Sequence record: SRR31156797_986
Direction: 5' to 3' (one strand)
DNA: 64,000 nucleotides
Made by a program: the position numbers and the translations under genes. Under the pieces are notes generated by a model. The model saw only the letters and a program-made list of their open reading frames with translations, made no database searches and was not told where the DNA came from. Shown piece after piece: positions 10,673 to 19,784 of the stretch (position 1 is the first letter of the stretch; every line of letters starts with the position of its first letter).

Positions 10673-13318
10673 ATGATTATGACAACCTTAATTTACAATC
10701 GTATTCCAAAATTTCTTGCTGTATTTATTATTGGTATAAGTTTTTGCTTTTCTAATATGGTATATGCGCAGGATCAGTTGAATGTTGACCAAAACGTTAC
10801 TTTCAATTCAGAGAAGGCGGCTTATGTAGCCGATGAAATTATTGTGAAGTTCGCACCTTCTGTTGCTGAGAATATTTCTTTGGCAATGGACGAGGGAAGG
10901 ACGATGACTAGTGTTCCACAGATTGATGCACTGAATGCAGAATTTGAGGTTTCTGACATTGAACGTGTATTTAAGTTTTTGGATTCACCCAAAGCCAATC
11001 TGCAACTTGCCGAAGAAATTGGTATCGACAGAACCTACATTTTGAGGGTATCAGCGCGAACCAATGTTGCGCAGGCGGTGGCGGCATATGATGCACTTGC
11101 AGAAGTGGAATATGCTGAACCCAACTATATTGACCAGATACATCTGGTACCTGATGATCCTACATACCCTTCACAGTGGGGGTTAAACAATACCGGTCAG
11201 GCCATACCTTTTGGTGGTGGAGGAACCGTGGGAACCCCCGGAGTGGATATTAACGCCGAAGCTGCCTGGGACTTGCATACTGGTTCTTCAGGTATTATTC
11301 TTGCTATCCTTGACTCTGGTGTTGACTATAATCATCCTGAATTTGCAGGCAGAACAGTGCAGGGCATAGATACAGGAGATGATGATAATGACCCAATGGA
11401 CTCGAATGGGCACGGTACTTCCTGTGCAGGGATTGCTGCGGCTACGGGTAACAATGGTGCAGGTGTGGCAGGCGTTAACTGGAACTGTCTGATAATGCCA
11501 GTAAAGATTGGTGCCGGAAATTCAAGTTCATTTACACATGCCAATGGTGCAGACGGGATGGTGTGGGCAGCCGATAATGGCGCCGATGTGCTTTCATGCA
11601 GTTATGGAGGTAGCGACAGCAACACAAAAAAGGATGGTGTTGATTATGCATATGGTGCCGGTTGTATTATTCTTTCATCACGAGGTAACGATGATGTAAG
11701 TACAGCAAAATATCCTGCATCCTATTCCAATGTGGTTGCAATTGGAGCATTGAGTCCGTGTAATGAACGTAAATCACCCACCTCATGTGATGGAGAAGAC
11801 TGGTGGGGAAGCAGCTTTGGCAGTGATCTTGATGTGATGGCTCCGGGAGCCAGGATACATACCACTGATATTCAGGGTGCCGGTGGATATACTGGAGGTG
11901 ATTATACAACTACTTTTAACGGTACTTCTGCTGCCTGTCCGTTTGCTGCTGGTGTTGCCGCATTGATTGATTCTTATGTGCCTGGCCTTACAGCCGCCCA
12001 GATTCGTGAAAGTTTGCGCAATTCTGCCGTTGATATTGGTGACCCGGGTTTTGACAACCAAACAGGGTATGGCCGTCTGAATGCCTTTGGCGCACTAAAC
12101 TATGCAGCTGCGCTTGTAAATGATCCGCCTAACGCTGTTTGTCAGGATGTGGTTATTGCAGCCAATGGAAATTGTGAAGCTATTGTAACTCCTGAAGATG
12201 TTGACGATGGTTCATCTGATCCGGACGGTGATCCGCTGGATTATGAGCTTTCTCCTGAAGGACCTTATCCATTGGGAGATACGGAAGTTACGCTTACCGT
12301 AAGCGATGAATATTTTTCATCAACATGTGATGCAACCATTACAGTTGTTGACGAAACTGATCCGGTAGTAACCTGCCCGGCAGATATCACCGTTGATAAT
12401 GATGAGGGTTTATGTAGTGCTGTAGTTGGGTTTGCAATTTCAGCCACTGATAATTGTGATGATGCTGTAGATATTGTTGCTACGCCTGCCTCAGGAAGCG
12501 TGTTTCCGGTAGGAACGACTGTTGTTGATGTTGTAGCAACAGATGATGAAGGTAATCAGTCTGAGTGCTCATTTGATGTTACGGTTAATGATACCGAAGC
12601 ACCGGTAATCGAGACAGTGTCAGAACCTTACAGGATCTGGCCGCCCAACTCAAAATATGTTTCTTTTAGCCTGGATGATTTTATATTGTCCGTATCAGAT
12701 AATTGCACTGATCTTGAAATCGGAGATATAAATATTTCTATGGGTACAAGCGATGAACCGGAAGATGTGAAAGGTGGGGGAGACGGACAAACCTATAATG
12801 ATATTGTGATTGCAGAAGGTTGTAAGTCGATTGAGGTAAGAAGAGAACGTCAGGGCAAAAGTAATGGGCGTGTTTACACCATTCATTTTGAAGTAGCTGA
12901 TGAATATGACAATGTGGGTACTGCAAGTGCTGTGGTACATGTACCAAAAGCACCAAATAAAGAAGTGATCGATGATGGGGTTGCTTACCAGGTGAATGGA
13001 AACTGTGGTGCAAAATCAGGAATTATTACGCAGTCGGTATTACAATCAGATATAAAAAGTGAATTGATCGCATATCCGAATCCGTTCAGGGATTACACCA
13101 ACATAAGCTTTACAGCTTCATTAAACGACAGGGCTGTAATTAAAATCTATAACTCCATTGGCAGGGAGGTTGCCGAGATTTTTAATGGTTTGGTAAAGGA
13201 AGGAAACGACTACAACGTTCTATTTGATGCAGGTGATCTACCCGAAGGTATATATTACTACAACCTTAAAGTCGGTCAGGAAGTCAGGAAGATGGATAAA
13301 CTGATCCTGATCAAATGA
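10673..13318 (+). CDS. S8 subtilisin-like serine peptidase with HYR domains and T9SS C-terminal domain
   Basis: Catalytic triad motifs ILDSG, HGTSCAG, GTSAACP; prodomain ending YAEPNY; YPNP...GIYYY...KLILIK CTD. Confidence 0.93.
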   Translation: MIMTTLIYNRIPKFLAVFIIGISFCFSNMVYAQDQLNVDQNVTFNSEKAAYVADEIIVKFAPSVAENISLAMDEGRTMTSVPQIDALNAEFEVSDIERVFKFLDSPKANLQLAEEIGIDRTYILRVSARTNVAQAVAAYDALAEVEYAEPNYIDQIHLVPDDPTYPSQWGLNNTGQAIPFGGGGTVGTPGVDINAEAAWDLHTGSSGIILAILDSGVDYNHPEFAGRTVQGIDTGDDDNDPMDSNGHGTSCAGIAAATGNNGAGVAGVNWNCLIMPVKIGAGNSSSFTHANGADGMVWAADNGADVLSCSYGGSDSNTKKDGVDYAYGAGCIILSSRGNDDVSTAKYPASYSNVVAIGALSPCNERKSPTSCDGEDWWGSSFGSDLDVMAPGARIHTTDIQGAGGYTGGDYTTTFNGTSAACPFAAGVAALIDSYVPGLTAAQIRESLRNSAVDIGDPGFDNQTGYGRLNAFGALNYAAALVNDPPNAVCQDVVIAANGNCEAIVTPEDVDDGSSDPDGDPLDYELSPEGPYPLGDTEVTLTVSDEYFSSTCDATITVVDETDPVVTCPADITVDNDEGLCSAVVGFAISATDNCDDAVDIVATPASGSVFPVGTTVVDVVATDDEGNQSECSFDVTVNDTEAPVIETVSEPYRIWPPNSKYVSFSLDDFILSVSDNCTDLEIGDINISMGTSDEPEDVKGGGDGQTYNDIVIAEGCKSIEVRRERQGKSNGRVYTIHFEVADEYDNVGTASAVVHVPKAPNKEVIDDGVAYQVNGNCGAKSGIITQSVLQSDIKSELIAYPNPFRDYTNISFTASLNDRAVIKIYNSIGREVAEIFNGLVKEGNDYNVLFDAGDLPEGIYYYNLKVGQEVRKMDKLILIK

Positions 13319-13367
13319 TTTTTCCGATTGATTGATCATCGGAATTGTGCTAAATCTGGCTTTTAAC

Positions 13368-13402
13368 AAAAGGCTGCCCTTGAATTATGGGCAGTCTTTT
13401 TT
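13368..13402 (+). terminator. Intrinsic terminator
   Basis: AGGCTGCCC/GGGCAGTCT stem followed by T-run. Confidence 0.75.
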
Positions 13403-13574
13403 ATAAAGTTCCATTTTGCATTGCTCTTTTCTTATGGCAAAACCTTGTAAACATGTTAAGAAATATTGTGAAAGCTTAGATAATCAATGGTTTTAAAGCT
13501 CGTATCAATTTGAGGTCGTTTCAATGTTTAATTTCAACCACGAAGCGGGTTTCATATTAATTAAGCACATTATT

Positions 13575-13613
13575 AGCTTGTTAATTATTCGTTAAACAGA
13601 TGGTTTTATTTGG
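13575..13613 (+). promoter_or_regulatory. Putative regulator site, second copy
   Basis: AGCTTGTTAA-TTATTC-GTTAA-N12-ATTTGG, matching 10560-10598. Confidence 0.55.
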
Positions 13614-13713
13614 AAAAGGGCTCCTCTATGCTGTTTATTAGGATCGATTCTAGATAAGCAGTTTATGGCAGAGTCAATACTTTTAAATTTATAAACTTAA
13701 GTTAATAATCAGT

Positions 13714-16700
13714 ATGAAAAAATTCTACGCATTGACGATCTCTGTTGTTTTCGTCGCATTATTTATTGTTCCTGGAGAGGTATATACCCAGCCTATAAAG
13801 GACTCCATTCTTAAAAATTACACCCAGAAAGATTATGAGGCCTTTTTGTTTAAAGAACGCAGGGGTGAAATCCCCGATCAGTCAGGGCCGGTACCCCTGA
13901 GCCCTTCACCTTTTTCTTTAGTTAATAACAATGCGGGTTCCACTGGTACCGGTTATTTTACGCAGAGCGAAACCTCTATTCTCGCATGGGGAGATAACAT
14001 TGTTATCGGATACAACGACGCGGGATCAAATATCGGGGGAGCCAATAAATTTACAGGCTTTTCCTATTCAACAGATGGCGGTACGACATTTACCGATGGT
14101 GGTTCGCTCCCGACAAATCCTGGCGGAGATGCAGGAGATCCTGTATTGGCACGTGACGATGTCAGTGGCAGGATATACTATTCCACGCTTCAGTTTGTAG
14201 ATGATGGGATCCCGATCTACCGCTCAGATGATGACGGGCAAACCTGGCAACTTCCTACACAGGGCGCACCGGGTATGTCAGGATTTGCTGATAAGCAGTG
14301 GATTGCAGTGGATAACTATGCTGGTTCAGGTCAGGGAAACGTGTACATGGTTGTGCGTGATTTCGGGCCAAGAAACGGCATATATTTTTACAGATCCATC
14401 GATCAGGGTGATACCTTTGGCCCTAACGGCGGAATCGAGATCACCTCAGGATTCCAGGGAGCCTTTGTTGCAGTAGGCACCGATCATTCGGTATATGCCT
14501 TCTGGTGGGATGGAGATGAAATTAAAATGCGTAAATCCACGGATTTTGGTGTCAGTTTTGCTCCGGCAGTTGTTGTTGTTTCAGGGCTCACCGGTCCACA
14601 GACAAATGGCGGCCTAGGCCTGACGGGCACTCGGAACGGCCTGGGTTTTGCTTCCGGATTCCGCAGTAATTCATTTCCCCATGCAGCCGTGAATCCCGTA
14701 AGCGGGCACATTTATGTAACCTACAATGATAATCCTGATGGTACGGATAAAGGAGATATTTACATGGTCATGTCCACCGATGGTGGAACAACATGGTCTT
14801 CGGAGGTGTTGGTGAATGATGATGGGACGACAACAGACCAGTGGCAGCCCACAATCGCAGTAACACCAGATGGTACGCGGTTGGGGATTTTTTACAACAG
14901 CCGCCAGGATGATATCGATAATAACCTGTTCAGGTTTTATGGAAGGACTGCCGGAATTTCCGGTTCAACATTGATTTGGAATCCCAGCCTTGCAATCAGT
15001 GATGTTAATTCACTTCCGGAATTTGGACGTGACAGCAGGGTTAACAGTAGCTATATGGGTGATTATAATCAGGCTGCTGCTACGAATTCTCATTTTCATA
15101 TCGTGTGGTCTGATAATCGTGATGACCTCGCAGGAGGAGATCCCCGTAAGGATCCGAATGTGTATTACAAAAGCATTCCTGTCGATCCATTTGCGGGTCC
15201 CAATATCTCGGTCACTCCGGTTAATATTGACTTCGGAAAGGTTCCTGTGGATGCCGGAGCTGTGTCTGTGGAAGTTTCAGTATACAACCCTGGTGATGAA
15301 CAACTGATTATATCTGGCTGGTCATTGAATAATCCTGCATTTTCAACCTCCCTTTCGGTTCCTGAATTTATCCCGCCTGATGGTTTATTTACCTTAAATG
15401 TAAGTTTCAACCCCAATGCATTGGGAACATTTGATGGGATCTTCACCATTGCCAGCAATGCACTTAATAGCCCTAACGTACAAATACAGCTCACTGGAGT
15501 GGGGACGGTAGACAATGACATTTGTGCCTATGCAACACCAATTCCAGAAATCGGTTGCGATCCGGTAACCTTAAGCGGCACTACCATTGACGCTACGGTT
15601 GATTCAGATGCAGGCAATTGCGGTACATCCATTACTGCTCCCGGGATCTGGTACACTTTTTTGGGCACGGGTACGCTTATGACTGCATCCACATGCAATG
15701 CAGCAGACTTTGATACAAAGATCTCTGTTTACACCGGAGATTGTGAATCACTTCAATGTGTTGTGGGAAGTGATGATACGCCTGGTTGTAATGCTGCAAC
15801 AACAGAAGTTTCATGGAATTCCGCTGTCGGGGAGGTGTATTATATTCTGGTTCATGGATTTTCTGATGCAACCGGTAATTTTGATCTGACGATCAGCACT
15901 GATGGATTGCAACCGGAAATAGATGTGAACCCGCAACAATTCGAATTTGTCCTTGAGGTTGGCGGTACTGATTCAGATGACCTTACCATAGGTAACTTTG
16001 GAGACTGTCCGGTGGACCTTTCATGGTTTATTTCTGAGAACAATCCAACAGCTCCGATTGCTCCGGGGTATGGGAAGCAGTCTGCCGGATCATATCCTGC
16101 AGCCCTTCCCCTCACATATTCAATCGGTGAAAAATCAATTCATGCCCTTGAAAAAGACGGGTTCTTCGATGAGATTCCGGTTCAGGAACAGCTTCAAAGT
16201 TTCACCGGTCAGCAGTTCAGAACAGAAGAAGCATTGATGGAAGCTTTGACTTCTGTAGTTAATGTTTCTGAAGTTGATGAGGATATTTTGTCTTACATGC
16301 AAAAATATATGGTGGTTCAAAGCGGAAGGGTTCTGCTCTCCGATGAAGAAGCCATAGTGCAAGCATCTGATATAGCTGATCCTGATCAGGGTTCATTATA
16401 CACACCCATTGAACTGGACAAAAATTTTCAACCGTCAAATCCATTGGCAGCGCAGGTAATCTTCGATAATGGGCCGCTTGTGAACAGCCCCGGCACAGGA
16501 TTTGGCGGTGCAGATGAGAGCGTTGTGCAAAATCTCAGCCTTGGACTTACCTTTTTTGGTTGGGGACACCAGGTCTCTGCCAACAATAAGGTTCTGGAGG
16601 ATTTTACTGTTTCAGGGGCGAGTGGTTGGATCGTGGAGACCCTCGATTTCTTTGCCTATCAAACAGGCTCAACAACTGCATCGACAATCACAGGCGTATA

Positions 16701-19476
16701 TTACCAGATTTATGATGGTTTTCCGGATGATCCCGGTACCAATGTCGTTTTCGGTGATTTTATCACCAATCGTTTGCTAAGCAGTGAGTGGTCAAACATC
16801 TACCGGGTTTTAGAAACAAGCTCAGGTAACACTGAGAGGCCCATTATGAAAAATACAGCAGATGCTGGATTCTTATTACCTCCGGGAGATTACTGGATTG
16901 CGTGGCAGGTAGATGGCTCCGCGTCATTCTCCGGGCCATGGGTTCCGGCGGTCACTATCAACGGACAGGCAGTAACCGGAAATGCTTACCAATCGATCAA
17001 TGATGCCGCTTATAACCCAGTTCTTGATAATGGTAATGTCCAGGGGCTACCATTTGTAATCAATGGTGAGATTAATGATTTATGTACATGGCTAACGCCT
17101 GATCAGTTCTTGGGCATTACACCCGGGCAATCGTCTACAGATGTTACACTATCTGTGGATGCTTCCGGACTATCTCCGGGTATTTATACCTGTGATCTGA
17201 TCATTTCGAGTAACGCTTCAACAGATCCCGAAATATTGGTTCCGGTTACCTTAGAGGTGGTTGGTTGTTTTGCGCCTGAAAATCTAACCGCCACATCAAT
17301 AACCGCTAACTCAGCGGAACTTGGCTGGACGGAAACCGGAAGTGCAACTTCCTGGCAGGTAATGGTTGGTGTTGAAGGATTTGATACCACGGGGGTGGTG
17401 CCTGAAAACACCAACAGCAATCCCACAAACGTATCGGATTTGAGTTCGCTTACCAACTATGATTTTTATGTCCGTTCCGAATGCCCCGATGGCAGCTACA
17501 GTGATTGGACCGGACCGTTTACATTTACTACACTTTGTGCTCCGCCTGTGGCGATCTGTAAGGACTATGTGTTTGAATTTGGAACCAGCTCCGGACAGGT
17601 GGTACTCAATCTAACCCCGGCCGATATTGATAATGGCAGCTTTGCTGCATGCGGTTTGTCTTCACTTGCGGTATCGCCCAACGTGTTAACCTTCGATTGT
17701 GATAATTATAATATACCACAGGAAGTAACACTCACAGTGATTGATGTCAACGGAAATTCAAACAGTTGCACAGCGCAGGTGTATGGAACAGATGAAACTC
17801 CTCCCCAGGCAATCTGCCAGGATTTAGATGTTTATCTTGATCAAAACGGTGAATTTTCCATATCAGAAGATGCCGTTGATGGCGGAAGTTCAGATGCCTG
17901 CGGTATTGCATCGTGGGATACGGATATTACAGCATTTAGCTGCGATGACCTGGGAGAGCCTGTATCAGTTACGCTGACGGTCACCGATTTTGCAGGAAAC
18001 TCAGCTGAATGTCAGGCAGAGATTACGGTGTTGGATACAGTTTCTCCTGTAGTGATGTTTTGCCCGCCAGACTATTTATTACCGAGCGATCCTGGAGAAT
18101 GCGGTGCTGTTGCTGACTATTTTCCAATAGCCAGCGACAATTGCGGTATTGCTTCTTTTATTACATCTCCGGCTCCGGGTAGTTTCCTGCCGGTGGGAAC
18201 CACAACAGTTACTTCAACTGCCGTTGATTTGTCCGGAAATACCACTATTTGTGCCTTTGATGTTACAGTGTTTGACAGTGAAGTTCCGACGATAATTACC
18301 CCCGGAAATATTGTAGTGAATAATGATCCGGGACAGTGTGGTGCGGTGATTGATTATGATCTCACCATCACGGATAACTGTGGAATTGCAAACACCTTTG
18401 TCTCTATGCCGTCAGGGAGCTTTTTCCCGGTGGGTATTCATACGGTTAATATTTTCGTGACTGATGTGAACGGGCAATTCCGAACCGCCAGTTTTGAAGT
18501 CACTGTATATGATCGGGAAGCACCGGTAATTGTTTGTCCGGGAGATATTGTTGTCAATACTGAGCCGGGAACTTGCGAGGCTGTTGTTGAATTTTCGGTT
18601 TCAGCTACCGACAATTGTCCTGGTGCAATACAGATAATCACTGATATTCCGTCCGGAAGTGTTTTTGAAGAAGGTACTACAGTCGTTACAGCCACCGCTA
18701 CAGATGGGCCGGGAAATCAATCAGAATGCACATTTAATGTGATTGTACAGGATAATCAGCCTCCGGTAATTGAAGTTGCGGATATCATTACAATCTGGCC
18801 ACCGAATTCAAAATATGAAACCTTTAGTACTGATGATCTTGTAGTGTCGGTATCGGACAATTGCCAGGACATCAGTATAGATGATGTGCTCATTTCCATG
18901 GCCACAAGTGATGAGCCTGAAGATGCAAATGGAGGAGGCGATGGCCATACATTGAATGATATGGTGATTGCTGAAGACTGCAAATCGGTAAAAGTTCGCA
19001 AAGAACGACAGGGCAAAGGCAATGGAAGGGTGTACTCTGTCCATCTTGAACTTACTGATGAAAATGGGAATCTGATTAATGCCGTCTGTAAAATTCATGT
19101 GCCAAAAGCCACCGGAAAACCTGTCATTGATGATGGTGTTGCCTACACCGTAAACGGTGAGTGTGGCAGCAAGTCCATATCCATATCTCAGGACAATTTC
19201 ATTACTCTTCAGGAGAACGAACTTGTTGCTTATCCCAACCCGTTCAGTGATTTGACCACCATTGTATTTACAGTTTCTCAAAACGGAAAAGCCTCAGTTG
19301 ATATTTATAATGCTGTTGGAAGTAAAGTAGCTACCGTATTTGACGCTTTTGTTGAATCTGGCGTTGAATACTCTACGGAATTTGGTAGTGGTGATTTACC
19401 AGAAGGCATCTACTATTACAATCTCAGAATCGGGAATAGCGTTAACATGATGAAAAAACTGATCCTGATCAGGTAA
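13714..19476 (+). CDS. Large secreted protein: BNR/Asp-box (sialidase-like) propeller, Ig-like, FN3 and HYR repeats, T9SS CTD
   Basis: Five SxDxGxTF/W-type Asp boxes (STDGGTTF, SDDDGQTW, SIDQGDTF, STDFGVSF, STDGGTTW); FN3 APENLTATSITANSAELGW; repeated ATDNC/SFFPVG HYR motifs; YPNP CTD. Confidence 0.85.
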   Translation: MKKFYALTISVVFVALFIVPGEVYTQPIKDSILKNYTQKDYEAFLFKERRGEIPDQSGPVPLSPSPFSLVNNNAGSTGTGYFTQSETSILAWGDNIVIGYNDAGSNIGGANKFTGFSYSTDGGTTFTDGGSLPTNPGGDAGDPVLARDDVSGRIYYSTLQFVDDGIPIYRSDDDGQTWQLPTQGAPGMSGFADKQWIAVDNYAGSGQGNVYMVVRDFGPRNGIYFYRSIDQGDTFGPNGGIEITSGFQGAFVAVGTDHSVYAFWWDGDEIKMRKSTDFGVSFAPAVVVVSGLTGPQTNGGLGLTGTRNGLGFASGFRSNSFPHAAVNPVSGHIYVTYNDNPDGTDKGDIYMVMSTDGGTTWSSEVLVNDDGTTTDQWQPTIAVTPDGTRLGIFYNSRQDDIDNNLFRFYGRTAGISGSTLIWNPSLAISDVNSLPEFGRDSRVNSSYMGDYNQAAATNSHFHIVWSDNRDDLAGGDPRKDPNVYYKSIPVDPFAGPNISVTPVNIDFGKVPVDAGAVSVEVSVYNPGDEQLIISGWSLNNPAFSTSLSVPEFIPPDGLFTLNVSFNPNALGTFDGIFTIASNALNSPNVQIQLTGVGTVDNDICAYATPIPEIGCDPVTLSGTTIDATVDSDAGNCGTSITAPGIWYTFLGTGTLMTASTCNAADFDTKISVYTGDCESLQCVVGSDDTPGCNAATTEVSWNSAVGEVYYILVHGFSDATGNFDLTISTDGLQPEIDVNPQQFEFVLEVGGTDSDDLTIGNFGDCPVDLSWFISENNPTAPIAPGYGKQSAGSYPAALPLTYSIGEKSIHALEKDGFFDEIPVQEQLQSFTGQQFRTEEALMEALTSVVNVSEVDEDILSYMQKYMVVQSGRVLLSDEEAIVQASDIADPDQGSLYTPIELDKNFQPSNPLAAQVIFDNGPLVNSPGTGFGGADESVVQNLSLGLTFFGWGHQVSANNKVLEDFTVSGASGWIVETLDFFAYQTGSTTASTITGVYYQIYDGFPDDPGTNVVFGDFITNRLLSSEWSNIYRVLETSSGNTERPIMKNTADAGFLLPPGDYWIAWQVDGSASFSGPWVPAVTINGQAVTGNAYQSINDAAYNPVLDNGNVQGLPFVINGEINDLCTWLTPDQFLGITPGQSSTDVTLSVDASGLSPGIYTCDLIISSNASTDPEILVPVTLEVVGCFAPENLTATSITANSAELGWTETGSATSWQVMVGVEGFDTTGVVPENTNSNPTNVSDLSSLTNYDFYVRSECPDGSYSDWTGPFTFTTLCAPPVAICKDYVFEFGTSSGQVVLNLTPADIDNGSFAACGLSSLAVSPNVLTFDCDNYNIPQEVTLTVIDVNGNSNSCTAQVYGTDETPPQAICQDLDVYLDQNGEFSISEDAVDGGSSDACGIASWDTDITAFSCDDLGEPVSVTLTVTDFAGNSAECQAEITVLDTVSPVVMFCPPDYLLPSDPGECGAVADYFPIASDNCGIASFITSPAPGSFLPVGTTTVTSTAVDLSGNTTICAFDVTVFDSEVPTIITPGNIVVNNDPGQCGAVIDYDLTITDNCGIANTFVSMPSGSFFPVGIHTVNIFVTDVNGQFRTASFEVTVYDREAPVIVCPGDIVVNTEPGTCEAVVEFSVSATDNCPGAIQIITDIPSGSVFEEGTTVVTATATDGPGNQSECTFNVIVQDNQPPVIEVADIITIWPPNSKYETFSTDDLVVSVSDNCQDISIDDVLISMATSDEPEDANGGGDGHTLNDMVIAEDCKSVKVRKERQGKGNGRVYSVHLELTDENGNLINAVCKIHVPKATGKPVIDDGVAYTVNGECGSKSISISQDNFITLQENELVAYPNPFSDLTTIVFTVSQNGKASVDIYNAVGSKVATVFDAFVESGVEYSTEFGSGDLPEGIYYYNLRIGNSVNMMKKLILIR

Positions 19477-19512
19477 TTTTGTCGTAAAACATAAATCGGT
19501 TTTTTAATCGGC

Positions 19513-19550
19513 AAAAGGGCTGTGAATCTGAGAAGATCACAGCCCTTTTT
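19513..19550 (+). terminator. Intrinsic terminator
   Basis: AAAAGGGCTGTGA...TCACAGCCCTTTTT. Confidence 0.8.
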
Positions 19551-19736
19551 AAATTGTGAGGTGTGTAAAGAAGTCTAATCGTTAGGGTTGTCGATCATCT
19601 CCGGAATATTCCCCCTCCAAATCATCAGGATAGAATGATCGGAAAAAGAATCCACAAGGGTAATTTATCAAACTTGATTTCAAGGTTTACAGGGAGTTTC
19701 TTCAATAGAAAATCCTGTACAAAATATCGTTTTCGG

Positions 19737-19768
19737 AAAAGAGGCTGCCTCGAATTTGAGACAGCCTC
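19737..19768 (-). terminator. Intrinsic terminator / palindrome after the DUF1566 gene
   Basis: GAGGCTGCCTC-GAATTT-GAGACAGCCTC with T-run on minus strand. Confidence 0.7.
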
Positions 19769-19784
19769 ATTACACTAAATAACT

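Noticed and set aside
13322-13344. TTCCGATTGATTGATCA resembling the island direct repeat
   Set aside because: Short partial match forming its own local hairpin; not enough to call a third copy
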